This document shows, one piece after another, positions 9,469 to 18,809 of a DNA stretch of 44,258 nt. Made by a program: the position numbers and the translations under genes. Numbering within the stretch: the first letter of the stretch is position 1; every line of letters starts with the position of its first letter. This stretch comes from Aquiluna sp. (GTDB lineage: Bacteria; Actinomycetota; Actinomycetes; Actinomycetales; Microbacteriaceae): positions 1-44,258 of the forward strand of contig JBMSYD010000001.1 in the NCBI GenBank assembly GCA_049426345.1, in the 5' to 3' direction. The notes under the pieces are model-generated. The model did not search any database and had not been told where the DNA came from. It was given only the letters and a program-made list of their open reading frames with translations.

Positions 9469-10495
9469 TCTTTCTGGTTTTATTTGGCTGGTTGGCCTTC
9501 TGATTTCAAACGCCTTCTTCGTTGGATCTGAGTTTGCAGTTATTTCTGCACGTAGAGCGCAGATTGAACCACTTGCAGATAAGGGCAATCCGGCGGCCAA
9601 GATCACTCTGAAGGCTATGGAGAATGTTTCGCTGATGCTGGCAACAGCTCAGCTCGGAATTACTGTCTCTTCGCTTTTGATTTTGGTTATTGCAGAGCCT
9701 TCAATCAAGTATGTCTTGGAGGGACCGTTTAGCGCACTTGGTTTGGACTATGCCACTGCATCAGCTGTGAGCTTCATTGTTGCCCTAATCATGGTTACTT
9801 ATTTGCACGTGGTTATTGGTGAAATGGTTCCAAAGAACGTTGCAATTTCCCTACCTACTTCCGCAGCCTTGATTTTGGGCCCGATGCTCTATGCAGTCGC
9901 GCAAGTGGTGAAACCAGTGGTTTGGTTCCTAAATCAAATATCCAACCTCATTCTGAGGCTTTTTAGGTTCCAACCTAGAGACGAAGCCAACTCTGCTTTC
10001 ACCCTCGACCAGGTGGAAGACATAGTAGAAGAGTCTCAGCGCAGTGGAACTTTGGCCGACGCCTCCGAGACCATTTCAAACGCGTTTGAGTTCACTGAAA
10101 AAGTTGTTGGAGACATCAAGCACCCAATCAATGAACTTGTCACGTTGCCTTCAGACGCCTCACCTGCTCAGTTGCAGGATGCGGTGGCAGAGCATGGTTT
10201 CAGCAGGTATCCGGTGAAGAGTGAAGCTGGAGATTTGATTGGCTATTGGCACATCAAAGATGCATTGATAGATGACCCAGAGAAGTTCCACAAACCCCTG
10301 CAATCCAAGCGAATGCGAACTCTTATTTCGGTACCCGAGAGTGCGGAACTGGAAGATGCGCTAGCTCAGATGCGAAAGTATGGTGCGCACATCGCGAGAA
10401 CCTTCTCCGCCGATGGCACTATCACCGGATGCTTGTTTCTGGAAGACATCATCGAAGTCTTGGTTGGAGAAATCGAAGACTCCACTAGGCGCTAG
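9458..10495 (+). CDS. Hemolysin-family CNNM/CBS protein lacking the CorC C-terminal domain
   Basis: NAFFVGSEFA, AQLGIT, GEMVPKN, GFSRYP; paralogous pair typical of Actinobacteria. Confidence 0.9.
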   Translation: MSTDLSGFIWLVGLLISNAFFVGSEFAVISARRAQIEPLADKGNPAAKITLKAMENVSLMLATAQLGITVSSLLILVIAEPSIKYVLEGPFSALGLDYATASAVSFIVALIMVTYLHVVIGEMVPKNVAISLPTSAALILGPMLYAVAQVVKPVVWFLNQISNLILRLFRFQPRDEANSAFTLDQVEDIVEESQRSGTLADASETISNAFEFTEKVVGDIKHPINELVTLPSDASPAQLQDAVAEHGFSRYPVKSEAGDLIGYWHIKDALIDDPEKFHKPLQSKRMRTLISVPESAELEDALAQMRKYGAHIARTFSADGTITGCLFLEDIIEVLVGEIEDSTRR

Positions 10496-11561
10496 GCCAA
10501 ACTCCTCTTTCATATTGGCTTGGCCAGTCAACTGTTTCTCCTAGCTCATGCGCTGCGCGAAGTGGAAAATAAGGATCGCGAAGAAGCTGTCTTGCCATCA
10601 TCACCACATCGACCTTGCCCGAGGCAACGATTTCTTCGGCCTGCTGGGCATCCGTGATTTGTCCAACAGCGGAAACTGGAGCGGAAGTAGAAGTGTGAGT
10701 AGATTCACTGAAATGCACCTGGTAGCCAGGTCCTGATGGAATCTTTACTCCCGTCACCAGTCCACCCGAGGATAGATCGAACATGTCGGCACCTCTTTCG
10801 TGTGCCCACTTAGCAACTTGATTGGTTTGCTCTTGATCCCAGCCGCCTTCAACGTAGTCAGTCGCGCTAAATCGAACCAGTAGCGGAACCCCTTCGCCGA
10901 TTTCTTTTCGAACTGCCTCCACTATCTCAAGCAGCAATCGCGCTCTGTTCTCCAGGCTGCCGCCGTATTGATCATCCCTCTTATTTGTTAGAGGGGATAG
11001 AAATTGGTGGATCAAATAACCGTGAGCTGCGTGGATTTCAATGACATCGAAACCGGCAGCTATTGCCCTGCGGGCAGAGGACCTAAAGTCATCCACCAAG
11101 GCTTTGACTTCTTCGGTTGAAAGTTTTCTTGGCGCTTCATAGCCGGTGAAGGCCTCGTCAGTTGCGGAATAGGTTTGCCAGCCTCCGTCCGCAATTGGAA
11201 CGGAGCCACTGCCGGACCAGCTGCGATAAACAGATGCTTTTCGTCCAGCATGCGCCAGCTGCATCGCACTGACTGCGCCAGCTTGCCTAATGAATTGGGT
11301 GATGCGCTTCCAGGCAACCACCTGTTCGTCATTCCAAATTCCTGCGCACCACGGGCTGATACGCCCCTCTGGGTTCACACCACTGGCCTCCACCATCACA
11401 AGGCCTGCCCCACCAATTGCGCGTGCACCTAGATGAACCAGGTGCCAATCGCCCACTACTCCGTCTTGGTTTTCGCATGAGTACATGCACATCGGCGAAA
11501 CCCAAAGGCGATTCTTGATCTCAACGTTTCTGATTCTGATTGGTGTAAACAGCTTGCTCAT
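10485..11561 (-). CDS. NADH:flavin oxidoreductase / Old Yellow Enzyme (YqjM/NamA-like)
   Basis: SPMCMYS, QLAHAGRKAS, EIHAAHGYLIHQFLSP, YGGSLENR. Confidence 0.92.
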   Translation of the reverse strand: MSKLFTPIRIRNVEIKNRLWVSPMCMYSCENQDGVVGDWHLVHLGARAIGGAGLVMVEASGVNPEGRISPWCAGIWNDEQVVAWKRITQFIRQAGAVSAMQLAHAGRKASVYRSWSGSGSVPIADGGWQTYSATDEAFTGYEAPRKLSTEEVKALVDDFRSSARRAIAAGFDVIEIHAAHGYLIHQFLSPLTNKRDDQYGGSLENRARLLLEIVEAVRKEIGEGVPLLVRFSATDYVEGGWDQEQTNQVAKWAHERGADMFDLSSGGLVTGVKIPSGPGYQVHFSESTHTSTSAPVSAVGQITDAQQAEEIVASGKVDVVMMARQLLRDPYFPLRAAHELGETVDWPSQYERGVWPSA

Positions 11562-12721
11562 TTATCCATTTTCTGTAGTCGCGGCCAGGCTAAAACAATA
11601 AACAATCCAAGCAGAGCACCCCAGCCGATTGCGAAATTCAATGGAATTGCGAGGGTCAGCAGTCCAATTACTGATGGTCCAGCTAATCCTCCGATGTAGG
11701 TGATTCCAACCACTCTTGCCATGTTTCTACCAGAGTGAGTTGCTTCTCCAATTTCACCACCGGCTGCAAAGAGTTGTGGAACAACCCCGGAGATTCCAAG
11801 GCCTAACAGGAACCAGCAAATCAAAGAGATGGTGAGGTTCGGAGCAAATGCCTGCAGTCCAATCGCGATTGCGGCAGCTAGTGAGCCCCAGACGATGACA
11901 AAGCCGCGGCCTTTTTTCTCAACGATTCGATCAATAAAGATTCGCCCCGTGATCATTCCGACATTGAACGCGGCAAGACCCCAAGCAGCCGTTGCTGCAT
12001 CAGTTGATTGGATGTCTCTCAAATAAAGTGCCGACCAATCGTGGGCAACTCCTTCGATGATCGCTCCAGATGCGCTCATAAGCCCTGCCAAGATGACAAA
12101 ACCCAAAACCCTGCGGTTTTGTTTGCCACTTTGCTGGTTGGCTGCCTTGTCATTGGAAGTGACGTTTGGCTTGTCAGGCAGTAGCCAACCAGCCATAAAA
12201 AATCCCATGATTGAAAGCGATACTCCAACTACCGCCAGAGTCTGTGATTGCACAAAACCCGCTGAAATTGTTGCGAAGCCTGCTGTGGCACCAAGTAGTC
12301 CTCCGACGGACCAAAAAAGATGAAAGAAAGTAAAGATGGGTCGGGAATTTTCCTTGTCAACTTGCAAGGCCGCTGCGTTCATCGCAACATCAACTCCCGC
12401 AATTCCAAACCCAAGCAGCAAGATTGCAGCGCCTAGAGTCCAGGGTGAGTCTGCGAAGGCAGGCCCCAGTAGTGAAAGTCCTACAGCTACACCACCAATT
12501 CGAGTGGAAGTTTTTGCCCCGACGTGATCAACCAGGTAACCAAATAGCTGCATCGCCAGGAATCCACCAACCCCGCTGAGCATAAGTAGTGCTCCCAGAA
12601 TGGAGTAGTTGATACCGACGGTTTTCTCAATTAGTGGGATGTGGACAGCCCATAGAGCAAGCGCACTGCCACCAGATAGAAAGAAGAAAGAGACCGCGAT
12701 TTTTGGACGTAGAAGGCTCAC
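11558..12721 (-). CDS. MFS transporter
   Basis: About 12 hydrophobic segments, DVAMN and EG..DWS motifs. Start placed at GTG 12721, 7 nt after TAGAGT (12729-12734), instead of the TTG at 12763 that overlaps metX. Confidence 0.85.
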   Translation of the reverse strand: MSLLRPKIAVSFFFLSGGSALALWAVHIPLIEKTVGINYSILGALLMLSGVGGFLAMQLFGYLVDHVGAKTSTRIGGVAVGLSLLGPAFADSPWTLGAAILLLGFGIAGVDVAMNAAALQVDKENSRPIFTFFHLFWSVGGLLGATAGFATISAGFVQSQTLAVVGVSLSIMGFFMAGWLLPDKPNVTSNDKAANQQSGKQNRRVLGFVILAGLMSASGAIIEGVAHDWSALYLRDIQSTDAATAAWGLAAFNVGMITGRIFIDRIVEKKGRGFVIVWGSLAAAIAIGLQAFAPNLTISLICWFLLGLGISGVVPQLFAAGGEIGEATHSGRNMARVVGITYIGGLAGPSVIGLLTLAIPLNFAIGWGALLGLFIVLAWPRLQKMDK

Positions 12722-12731
12722 GCCCTCAACT

Positions 12732-13931
12732 CTAGGGGAGGAGTTGTTTGAGTCTTGACCCAACGGCCTGAGTCTCGATTAGGAAGCCATCATGTCCAAA
12801 TTCACTCTGTATAACCTGAAGCTCCCCACCGATTAGTGGACCCCCAATTGAATCCGCAATCAACTTTTGGCCACTTAGTGGAAACAGTCGATCATTCTCA
12901 ATTCCAAGCACCAGCGTTGGGCACTTGATTTGGTGCAGTGCAGAAACGACAGATTCCCTGTCTCTTCCGACATCGTGTGAGTTCATTGCGCTCACCAGCG
13001 TTATGTAACTGTTGGCATCGAATCGTCGAACGAATTTATTGCCATGGAAATCGAGATAGCTCTCCACTGCATACTTGCCGTGCTCGGTAAGTGGGCTGAC
13101 TTGAGATTGCCAAGTGCGACCGAACCGTTCGTTTAGTTCTTGCGGTGATCTGTAATTCAGCAGTGCCATGCGGCGAGCAAGCGCTAGACCTCTATGTGGC
13201 CCAAAGCCGGGCTTCGCGTCGTAGTACCAACCGCCGGCAAAGTTATCATCCGATCTAATTGCTTCGAGCTGCACCGTGTTTAGGGCAATTTGGTCTGCGG
13301 TTGAATAAGGCGGCGCTGCCAAAATTCCAAGTCGATTCACTCGCTCTGGATAGTCAATTGCGAGTTCCAGTGCGTGCATACCTGCCATTGAGCCGCCGAT
13401 TACTGCATAGCGTGTAATCCCTAGCTGCTCCATCAGAATTGCAAAGGCTTTTGCTTGATCGCGAATGGTGAGCTGCGGAAAGTTTGCTCCCCACTCTCTG
13501 CCCTTTTGATCAAGCGAGCTGGGCCCGGTTGACCCTTGGCATCCGCCTAAGACATTTGGAGTGATTACGAAGTAGCGGTTGGTGTCAATGTAAAGGTCAG
13601 GTCCAATTACTCCGTTCCACCAACCGGCTGTTGGATGCCCATTGCCCGAATTGCCAATTGTGTGACTATCGCCAGTTAGTGCATGAAGAACTAATACCGC
13701 GTTGTCTTTAGCCTGATTCAGCTCACCCCATGACTCATAAGCCAAGCGGGCGGATTGAATCTGTTTGCCAGATTCCAGGTCAATCGAAAAAGGTTCAGAA
13801 AACTTGCGATCGCCCACTGGGTCGCCGGCCAGCCAGGCTCCGGTTGCTGGAGGTCTTCCAACTAGCTGACGACGCTGCTCCTCCGAAATAAATTCGGAGG
13901 GAGCAGAGTCTTCAGATATCTGAAAGTCCAT
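12732..13931 (-). CDS. metX: Homoserine O-acetyltransferase
   Basis: HALTGD, NVLGGCQGSTGP, GGSMAG nucleophile elbow, RFDANSY, GHDGFL; follows metY. Confidence 0.93.
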   Translation of the reverse strand: MDFQISEDSAPSEFISEEQRRQLVGRPPATGAWLAGDPVGDRKFSEPFSIDLESGKQIQSARLAYESWGELNQAKDNAVLVLHALTGDSHTIGNSGNGHPTAGWWNGVIGPDLYIDTNRYFVITPNVLGGCQGSTGPSSLDQKGREWGANFPQLTIRDQAKAFAILMEQLGITRYAVIGGSMAGMHALELAIDYPERVNRLGILAAPPYSTADQIALNTVQLEAIRSDDNFAGGWYYDAKPGFGPHRGLALARRMALLNYRSPQELNERFGRTWQSQVSPLTEHGKYAVESYLDFHGNKFVRRFDANSYITLVSAMNSHDVGRDRESVVSALHQIKCPTLVLGIENDRLFPLSGQKLIADSIGGPLIGGELQVIQSEFGHDGFLIETQAVGSRLKQLLP

Positions 13932-15227
13932 TTATTTTGCGGCGGCAAAACCCTTCTGCAAATCAGCAATGATGTCATCGTAGGTTTCAAGTCCAACCGA
14001 CAGACGAACCAATCCTGGAGTTACACCAGCAGTGAGCTGGTCCTTCTCGCTTAGCTGGGAGTGAGTGGTTGAGGCCGGGTGGATAACGAGCGAACGAACA
14101 TCACCAATGTTGGCCACGTGGCTGTGCAGCTCTAGAGCATCAACGAACTTGATTCCAGCCTCCACTCCACCAACGATTTCGAACGACAAGACAGCACCAG
14201 CACCCTTAGGCGCATAAGTCTTTTGCGCCTGGTTGTGTGGTGAGCTGGCCAGTCCCGCATAATTCACTGAGCTAACCTGCGGGTGTGCCTCTAGCCACTG
14301 AGCTACCTTGGTTGCATTCTCAACGTGGCGCTCTACTCGAAGGCTGAGAGTTTCAATTCCTTGAATTAGTGAGAACGCGGAGTCAGCAGAGATTGCTGCA
14401 CCAATGTCTCTTAGCAGCTGCACTCTGGCCTTGATGATGTAGGCAATGCCATCGCCAAGTGCTTGGGTGTAAACAACACCGTGGTAGCTGGGGTCTGGCT
14501 GAGTTAGACCAGGGAATTTGTCTGACTTGGACCACTCAAACTTTCCGCCATCAACAATCACACCGGCAACAACGGTTCCATGACCACCGAGGAACTTGGT
14601 GGCAGAGTGAACAACAATGTCAGCGCCGTGCTTGAGCGGCTGGATCAAATATGGGCTGGCTACCGTGTTGTCAACGATTAGCGGAACACCGTTTTTGTGG
14701 GCAACGTTAGCTACCTTGCGAATATCTAGAATCGATGCCTTTGGATTTCCGATTGTCTCGCCAAAGAAGGCCTTGGTGTTTGGTCGAACAGCTTTTTGCC
14801 ACTCTTCTTCATCGTCTTGGTTTTCAACGAATGTCACTTCGATGCCGATCTTTGGCAGCGTGTACTTGAAGAGGTTGTAGGTTCCGCCATACAAAGTTGA
14901 CGAGGAAACAATGTGGTCACCAGCCTGCGCAATGTTGAGAATTGCAAAAGTGGTCGCTGACTGACCGCTTGAAAGTAGCAAAGCAGCGGTTCCACCCTCA
15001 AGAGCGGCGATTCTCTTCTCAGCCACATCCTGGGTAGGGTTCATGATTCGGCTGTAGATGTTTCCAAATTCCGCTAGTCCAAACAGGTTGCGAGCGTGCT
15101 CGGCTGAGTTGAACGTGTATGCGGTCGTCTTATAAATAGGTACAGCTCTGGCATTAGTGGCTGGATCGCTGGTTGCACCGGCGTGAATCTGCAGCGTCTC
15201 AAAGCCCCAGTTAGTTGAATCAGACAT
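13932..15227 (-). CDS. metY: O-acetylhomoserine/O-acetylserine sulfhydrylase
   Basis: FETLQIHAG, NIYSRIMNPT, PLP lysine HSATKFLGGHG, HVANIGD, HPASTTH. ATG 15227 has a GAAGGG SD-like sequence upstream. Confidence 0.93.
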   Translation of the reverse strand: MSDSTNWGFETLQIHAGATSDPATNARAVPIYKTTAYTFNSAEHARNLFGLAEFGNIYSRIMNPTQDVAEKRIAALEGGTAALLLSSGQSATTFAILNIAQAGDHIVSSSTLYGGTYNLFKYTLPKIGIEVTFVENQDDEEEWQKAVRPNTKAFFGETIGNPKASILDIRKVANVAHKNGVPLIVDNTVASPYLIQPLKHGADIVVHSATKFLGGHGTVVAGVIVDGGKFEWSKSDKFPGLTQPDPSYHGVVYTQALGDGIAYIIKARVQLLRDIGAAISADSAFSLIQGIETLSLRVERHVENATKVAQWLEAHPQVSSVNYAGLASSPHNQAQKTYAPKGAGAVLSFEIVGGVEAGIKFVDALELHSHVANIGDVRSLVIHPASTTHSQLSEKDQLTAGVTPGLVRLSVGLETYDDIIADLQKGFAAAK

Positions 15228-15259
15228 GACTACCCTTCGTGTGTGATAAGCGTTAGCCA

Positions 15260-15288
15260 ACTATGGCGGTTTGACTCAGCCCTAGCAA
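15260..15288 (-). promoter_or_regulatory. SigA-type promoter of metY-metX
   Basis: TTGCTA (15288-15283), 17-nt spacer, CATAGT (15265-15260). Confidence 0.5.
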
Positions 15289-15312
15289 GTAGGCGAGTAA
15301 TAGACCGTAACT

Positions 15313-16509
15313 TTAGCCCAGGTGGCTAAAGGCCAGTGAGGCGAGCAGTGCGGCACAAAGCGGCAGCACCGAGTCATCAAATTGGGCCTTAGCCGAGTGG
15401 TTGGTGGGGGCGGTTTGGAAATCAATTTCAGGCGGACAGGCACCAACGAACACGAATGCCCCAGGCACCTCGGCCACAATCGATGCGAAGTCCTCTCCGC
15501 CAGCGATTGGCTTTTGCATGGGCATGTAGCCCTGCTCGCCGACTAGCTGCTTGGCAACCTGCTCGACTCGCTCAACGGCTTGAGGGTTATTCATCAGAAC
15601 CTTCGTAGCCCGGCCAAAACTAACGTCAGCTTTGACGCCAAATCCCTCGGCAATGCTGTGGATGAGCTTGGGAGCTAGTTCGTGCAGTTTTTTGGTGCTC
15701 TCCTCGGAGAAGGTCCTGACAGTTGCGCCGAAGCTGGCAGAGTCGGCGATGACATTTGTGGTGGCATCGTCGCCAGCTCGAATCCAACCGACATTGAGAA
15801 TTACTGGGTCAAATTGGTCAAATTGTTTGTTGAGAAGATTTTGCAGGGCTGTAATTGACTCCACCATCGGCGTCACTGGATCCTTGCTGAGCCATGGCAT
15901 AGAGCCGTGACCTCCGGAGCCATGAAACGAGACGTTTAGATCTCCGGCGCTCGCCATCAGTGGGCCGCTCTTACAGGCAATGAGACCCTTTGGCATTGAT
16001 GTGAAGACATGCAAACCATAGGCAGCAATTGGTCTCGAACCTGTGAGGTCCAACATGCCCTCTTCGATCATCACATCAGCTCCGTGATGACCCTCTTCTC
16101 CTGGTTGGAACCAGATCAGGACTTCTCCGTTGAGTTTGTCTTTATGTGTAGCAAGCAGGTGAGCCGCTCCTATGCCAGCTGCCATGTGAAGATCGTGGCC
16201 GCAGGCGTGCATGAAACCATTGGTTGATGCGTAGGGAAGATTGCTTTCTTCAACAACCTTTAGTGCATCCATGTCCGCGCGAAGCAGGACTGTGGGGCCG
16301 GGGTTGGCTCCCTTGATTCGAAGAACTATCGAGGTCAAATTCTTGCCAAGGGTCATTTCGCCAAGGCCCTCTATGGATTTGATAATTCTTTGCTGCGTGT
16401 TGGGCAGATCGAGTGCGAATTCGGGTATCTGGTGCAGGTCTCTTCGGATCTCGGTCAGGGTTTGGGCATAACCGGCGGCTTCTTGCAAAAGCTCTTGGGC
16501 AGATGGCAT
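15313..16509 (-). CDS. M20 family amidohydrolase (M20D/hippurate hydrolase-like)
   Basis: RRDLHQIPE, LRADMDAL, MHACGHD, FQPGEEG, GEDF. ATG 16509 follows AAGGAG. Confidence 0.9.
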   Translation of the reverse strand: MPSAQELLQEAAGYAQTLTEIRRDLHQIPEFALDLPNTQQRIIKSIEGLGEMTLGKNLTSIVLRIKGANPGPTVLLRADMDALKVVEESNLPYASTNGFMHACGHDLHMAAGIGAAHLLATHKDKLNGEVLIWFQPGEEGHHGADVMIEEGMLDLTGSRPIAAYGLHVFTSMPKGLIACKSGPLMASAGDLNVSFHGSGGHGSMPWLSKDPVTPMVESITALQNLLNKQFDQFDPVILNVGWIRAGDDATTNVIADSASFGATVRTFSEESTKKLHELAPKLIHSIAEGFGVKADVSFGRATKVLMNNPQAVERVEQVAKQLVGEQGYMPMQKPIAGGEDFASIVAEVPGAFVFVGACPPEIDFQTAPTNHSAKAQFDDSVLPLCAALLASLAFSHLG

Positions 16510-16556
16510 CGATGCTCCTTCTTCTGTAATCATCTTCGCACTTTTACTATTAGCTC

Positions 16557-17207
16557 ATGCTCGATTCTGTCCATCCCGATTGGCTGCCGCTGATTAGCGC
16601 CCAAAAGAGCCGACTGAACCGAATTTTTGAGCAATTGAAGGACGAAGATTTTGTTCCGCAGCCAACCAATATCTTTCGAGCTTTTCAGGATTCCCCGAAG
16701 TCTTTTCGAGTGCTGATTCTCGGACAGGATCCCTACCCAAACCCAGCCCATGCAATCGGACTGGCATTTGCTGTTCCCGGTGGCACCAAACCCTTTCCAC
16801 CTTCACTGCAAAACATCCTCACTGAGTTGCAGGATGATTTGAACTTGGAGATAAGGCCATCTTCCATAACTCATTGGCAGGACAGGGGAGTGATGCTGCT
16901 GAATCGTCATCTCACCACCAAAGCCAATGAGACTGGTGGGCATTTTCAACTGGGCTGGGACGAGTTCACGCTAGCCGCCGTTAAGTTTCTGGTTGCGGTC
17001 CGGAAAGAGAAGTTGGTGGCGATTTTGTGGGGCAATAAAGCTCAGGAACTAAAGAGTGAACTTGGAGCCGCAAAAGTAATTTCCTCAGCTCATCCTTCAC
17101 CGCTTTCTGCCTATCGCGGATTCTTTGGCTCTCGGCCATTTACAAAAGCCAATCAGCTCTTAGAGGAAATGGGCGAAGCGCCAATGGAGTGGGTGGATCA
17201 TGGTTGA
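16557..17207 (+). CDS. ung: Uracil-DNA glycosylase (family 1)
   Basis: GQDPY, GLAF, LLN, LWG and HPSPLS motifs; TACTAT 6 nt upstream suggests a leaderless start. Confidence 0.95.
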   Translation: MLDSVHPDWLPLISAQKSRLNRIFEQLKDEDFVPQPTNIFRAFQDSPKSFRVLILGQDPYPNPAHAIGLAFAVPGGTKPFPPSLQNILTELQDDLNLEIRPSSITHWQDRGVMLLNRHLTTKANETGGHFQLGWDEFTLAAVKFLVAVRKEKLVAILWGNKAQELKSELGAAKVISSAHPSPLSAYRGFFGSRPFTKANQLLEEMGEAPMEWVDHG

Positions 17208-17763
17208 TTCCGAAACTAGGTGGCGGCTGGTTAGAAGGAGTAAAACCAAGCCAGCTCAGTCTGAGTTGCCAATAGAAATTCGAGATGCCACGCGTGCAGA
17301 CATGCCGCAGGTGAAGGACATCTATAACTTCTATATTCAAAACACCGTTATAACTTTCGATGATAAGCCACTTGACATCAATCACTGGGTAGAGAAGTTT
17401 GAGCACCAGACAAAACTCGAGCTTCCATTTCTGGTGTTGGTTCGCGGCAGCGAGATTCTCGGATTTGCCCTAGTTTCGCCTTGGCGTCAGAAAACCGGTT
17501 ATCTCAAGATTGTTGAGAATCAGATTTATTTGGCCGCAGCAGCAACCGGGAAAAAACTCGGTTCAAAACTCTTCGCAGCTCTAATAGAGGCTTGCAGGAA
17601 TCGGGAAATCAAAGAGGTCATTGCGGTTGTAGCTGATAGAGGAGCTCAGGCATCTTTAGCACTTCACAAAAGTCATGGATTTTCAGAGCAAGGTCACCTG
17701 GCAAATGTTGCCGTGAGATTTGGCCGGCCAATCGGCAGCTACTTGCTATCGCTAAAGCTTTAG
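17200..17763 (+). CDS. GNAT N-acetyltransferase (phosphinothricin/methionine-sulfoximine acetyltransferase-like)
   Basis: IYNFYIQNTVITFD, VENQIYL...GKKLG, ASLALH..HGF. Confidence 0.85.
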   Translation: MVDSETRWRLVRRSKTKPAQSELPIEIRDATRADMPQVKDIYNFYIQNTVITFDDKPLDINHWVEKFEHQTKLELPFLVLVRGSEILGFALVSPWRQKTGYLKIVENQIYLAAAATGKKLGSKLFAALIEACRNREIKEVIAVVADRGAQASLALHKSHGFSEQGHLANVAVRFGRPIGSYLLSLKL

Positions 17764-18530
17764 TTAGCGACTATCACTTCTTTAACTTTTGATCTAAGAA
17801 CAACTAATGCCTTGTTGGTAAGACCCTTGCTGGTAATTACCAGATCAGCTTGATCAAACGATGCAAAAGATGAGAAGCCTCGAACACCCCATTTTGTTGC
17901 ATCAGCCAACACCACAAACTTGGCGCTTCTGCGAATTACCTCGCGATTTGTTTCTGCTTCGACCAAATTAGGGGAGCTAAAACCAAATTCGCTGTCCATT
18001 CCGTGAGTGCCCATGAATACAAAATCAAGATTGAATCTTGAAAAAACCTCTGTCGCAATATTTCCAACCAATGAGTCAGTCGGTGTGCGAACTCCGCCGG
18101 TTAGAACAATGGTTTGATCAGCTCTCGATTTCTGAGCAAACAAATCAGAAATTGGAACAGAGTTAGTGACAATTGTTAGGGCGGGAACATCACGCAATCT
18201 TTTTGCTAGAGCGTAGACAGAAGACCCACCCATCAGGGCAACGGCCATGCCAGGTCGAACCAGATCCGCCGCTCTGGCCGCTATTGCATCTTTTGCCTGT
18301 TGTTCCTTCATGGAATTGGCAGCAAACGGGGGCTCGAGTGTGAGCGAGAGGGTGTTAGCTGTTACGCCACCATGAACCTTGTCGACTAGACCCTGGGCCG
18401 CCAGCTGCTCGACATCACGTCGAATGGTGACTTCAGAAACCCCGAGGGCATCGGCGAGATCTGCGATTCGGAGGGCGCCGGAGGAGCCAACTTCTTCCAA
18501 AATCCTGGCTTTTCGCTGTGCTGCAAGCAT
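17760..18530 (-). CDS. DeoR/GlpR family transcriptional regulator
   Basis: HTH LGVSEVTIRRD, VHGG, sensor domain TNS, TGG, DATKWG. ATG 18530 has GGAGG upstream; divergent from the galactosidases. Confidence 0.92.
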   Translation of the reverse strand: MLAAQRKARILEEVGSSGALRIADLADALGVSEVTIRRDVEQLAAQGLVDKVHGGVTANTLSLTLEPPFAANSMKEQQAKDAIAARAADLVRPGMAVALMGGSSVYALAKRLRDVPALTIVTNSVPISDLFAQKSRADQTIVLTGGVRTPTDSLVGNIATEVFSRFNLDFVFMGTHGMDSEFGFSSPNLVEAETNREVIRRSAKFVVLADATKWGVRGFSSFASFDQADLVITSKGLTNKALVVLRSKVKEVIVAN

Positions 18531-18642
18531 TTTTGGCCTCCCTCCTGCCAAAAGATTATTGCCGATTTACGAATATGGCCGTTTTCTTACTAACGGAATG
18601 ATTACTTTTGTCGTTTTTAATTCGAAAAGTTTGGGAATATTG

Positions 18643-18791
18643 GTCCAGTTCGTTCAAACCCAATCATTTGGGTCGTAAGGTTCAGGATTTCGGGTTCGGG
18701 CGAGCGGACAGGCCCTCTCCTTCGGGGGAGTGCAGACAATTGAATAGCAACTGAGTAGTTACTGGGCGGGGTCTTTACTCCGCCCAGTAAC
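18643..18791 (+). ncRNA. Candidate structured non-coding RNA (unassigned family)
   Basis: Long GU-rich rod closed by a GUAA tetraloop, a cUUCGg hairpin, an ACAAUUGAAUAG single strand and a 15-bp terminal hairpin; no plausible ORF. Confidence 0.5.
18758..18791 (+). terminator. Strong 15-bp hairpin (terminator or RNA 3'-end stem)
   Basis: GTTACTGGGCGGGGT-CTTT-ACTCCGCCCAGTAAC with one G-U pair and no U-tract. Confidence 0.6.
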
Positions 18792-18809
18792 AGCTATCAG
18801 ACTAGGAAG

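Noticed and set aside
8164-10495. 'Hemolysin' pair as a toxin or virulence system
   Set aside because: The domain content (CNNM, CBS, CorC) indicates divalent-cation transport or homeostasis, and the tandem pair is common in Actinobacteria.
15228-15312. SAM riboswitch upstream of metY
   Set aside because: Only 85 nt, no SAM-I/II/IV core that I can recognise, and the space is explained by a TTGCTA-N17-CATAGT promoter and a short UTR.
18730-18747. Mini-ORF GTG CAG ACA ATT GAA TAG within the RNA candidate
   Set aside because: Five codons, with the purine run sequestered in the UUCG hairpin and directly abutting the start; better read as an RNA motif.
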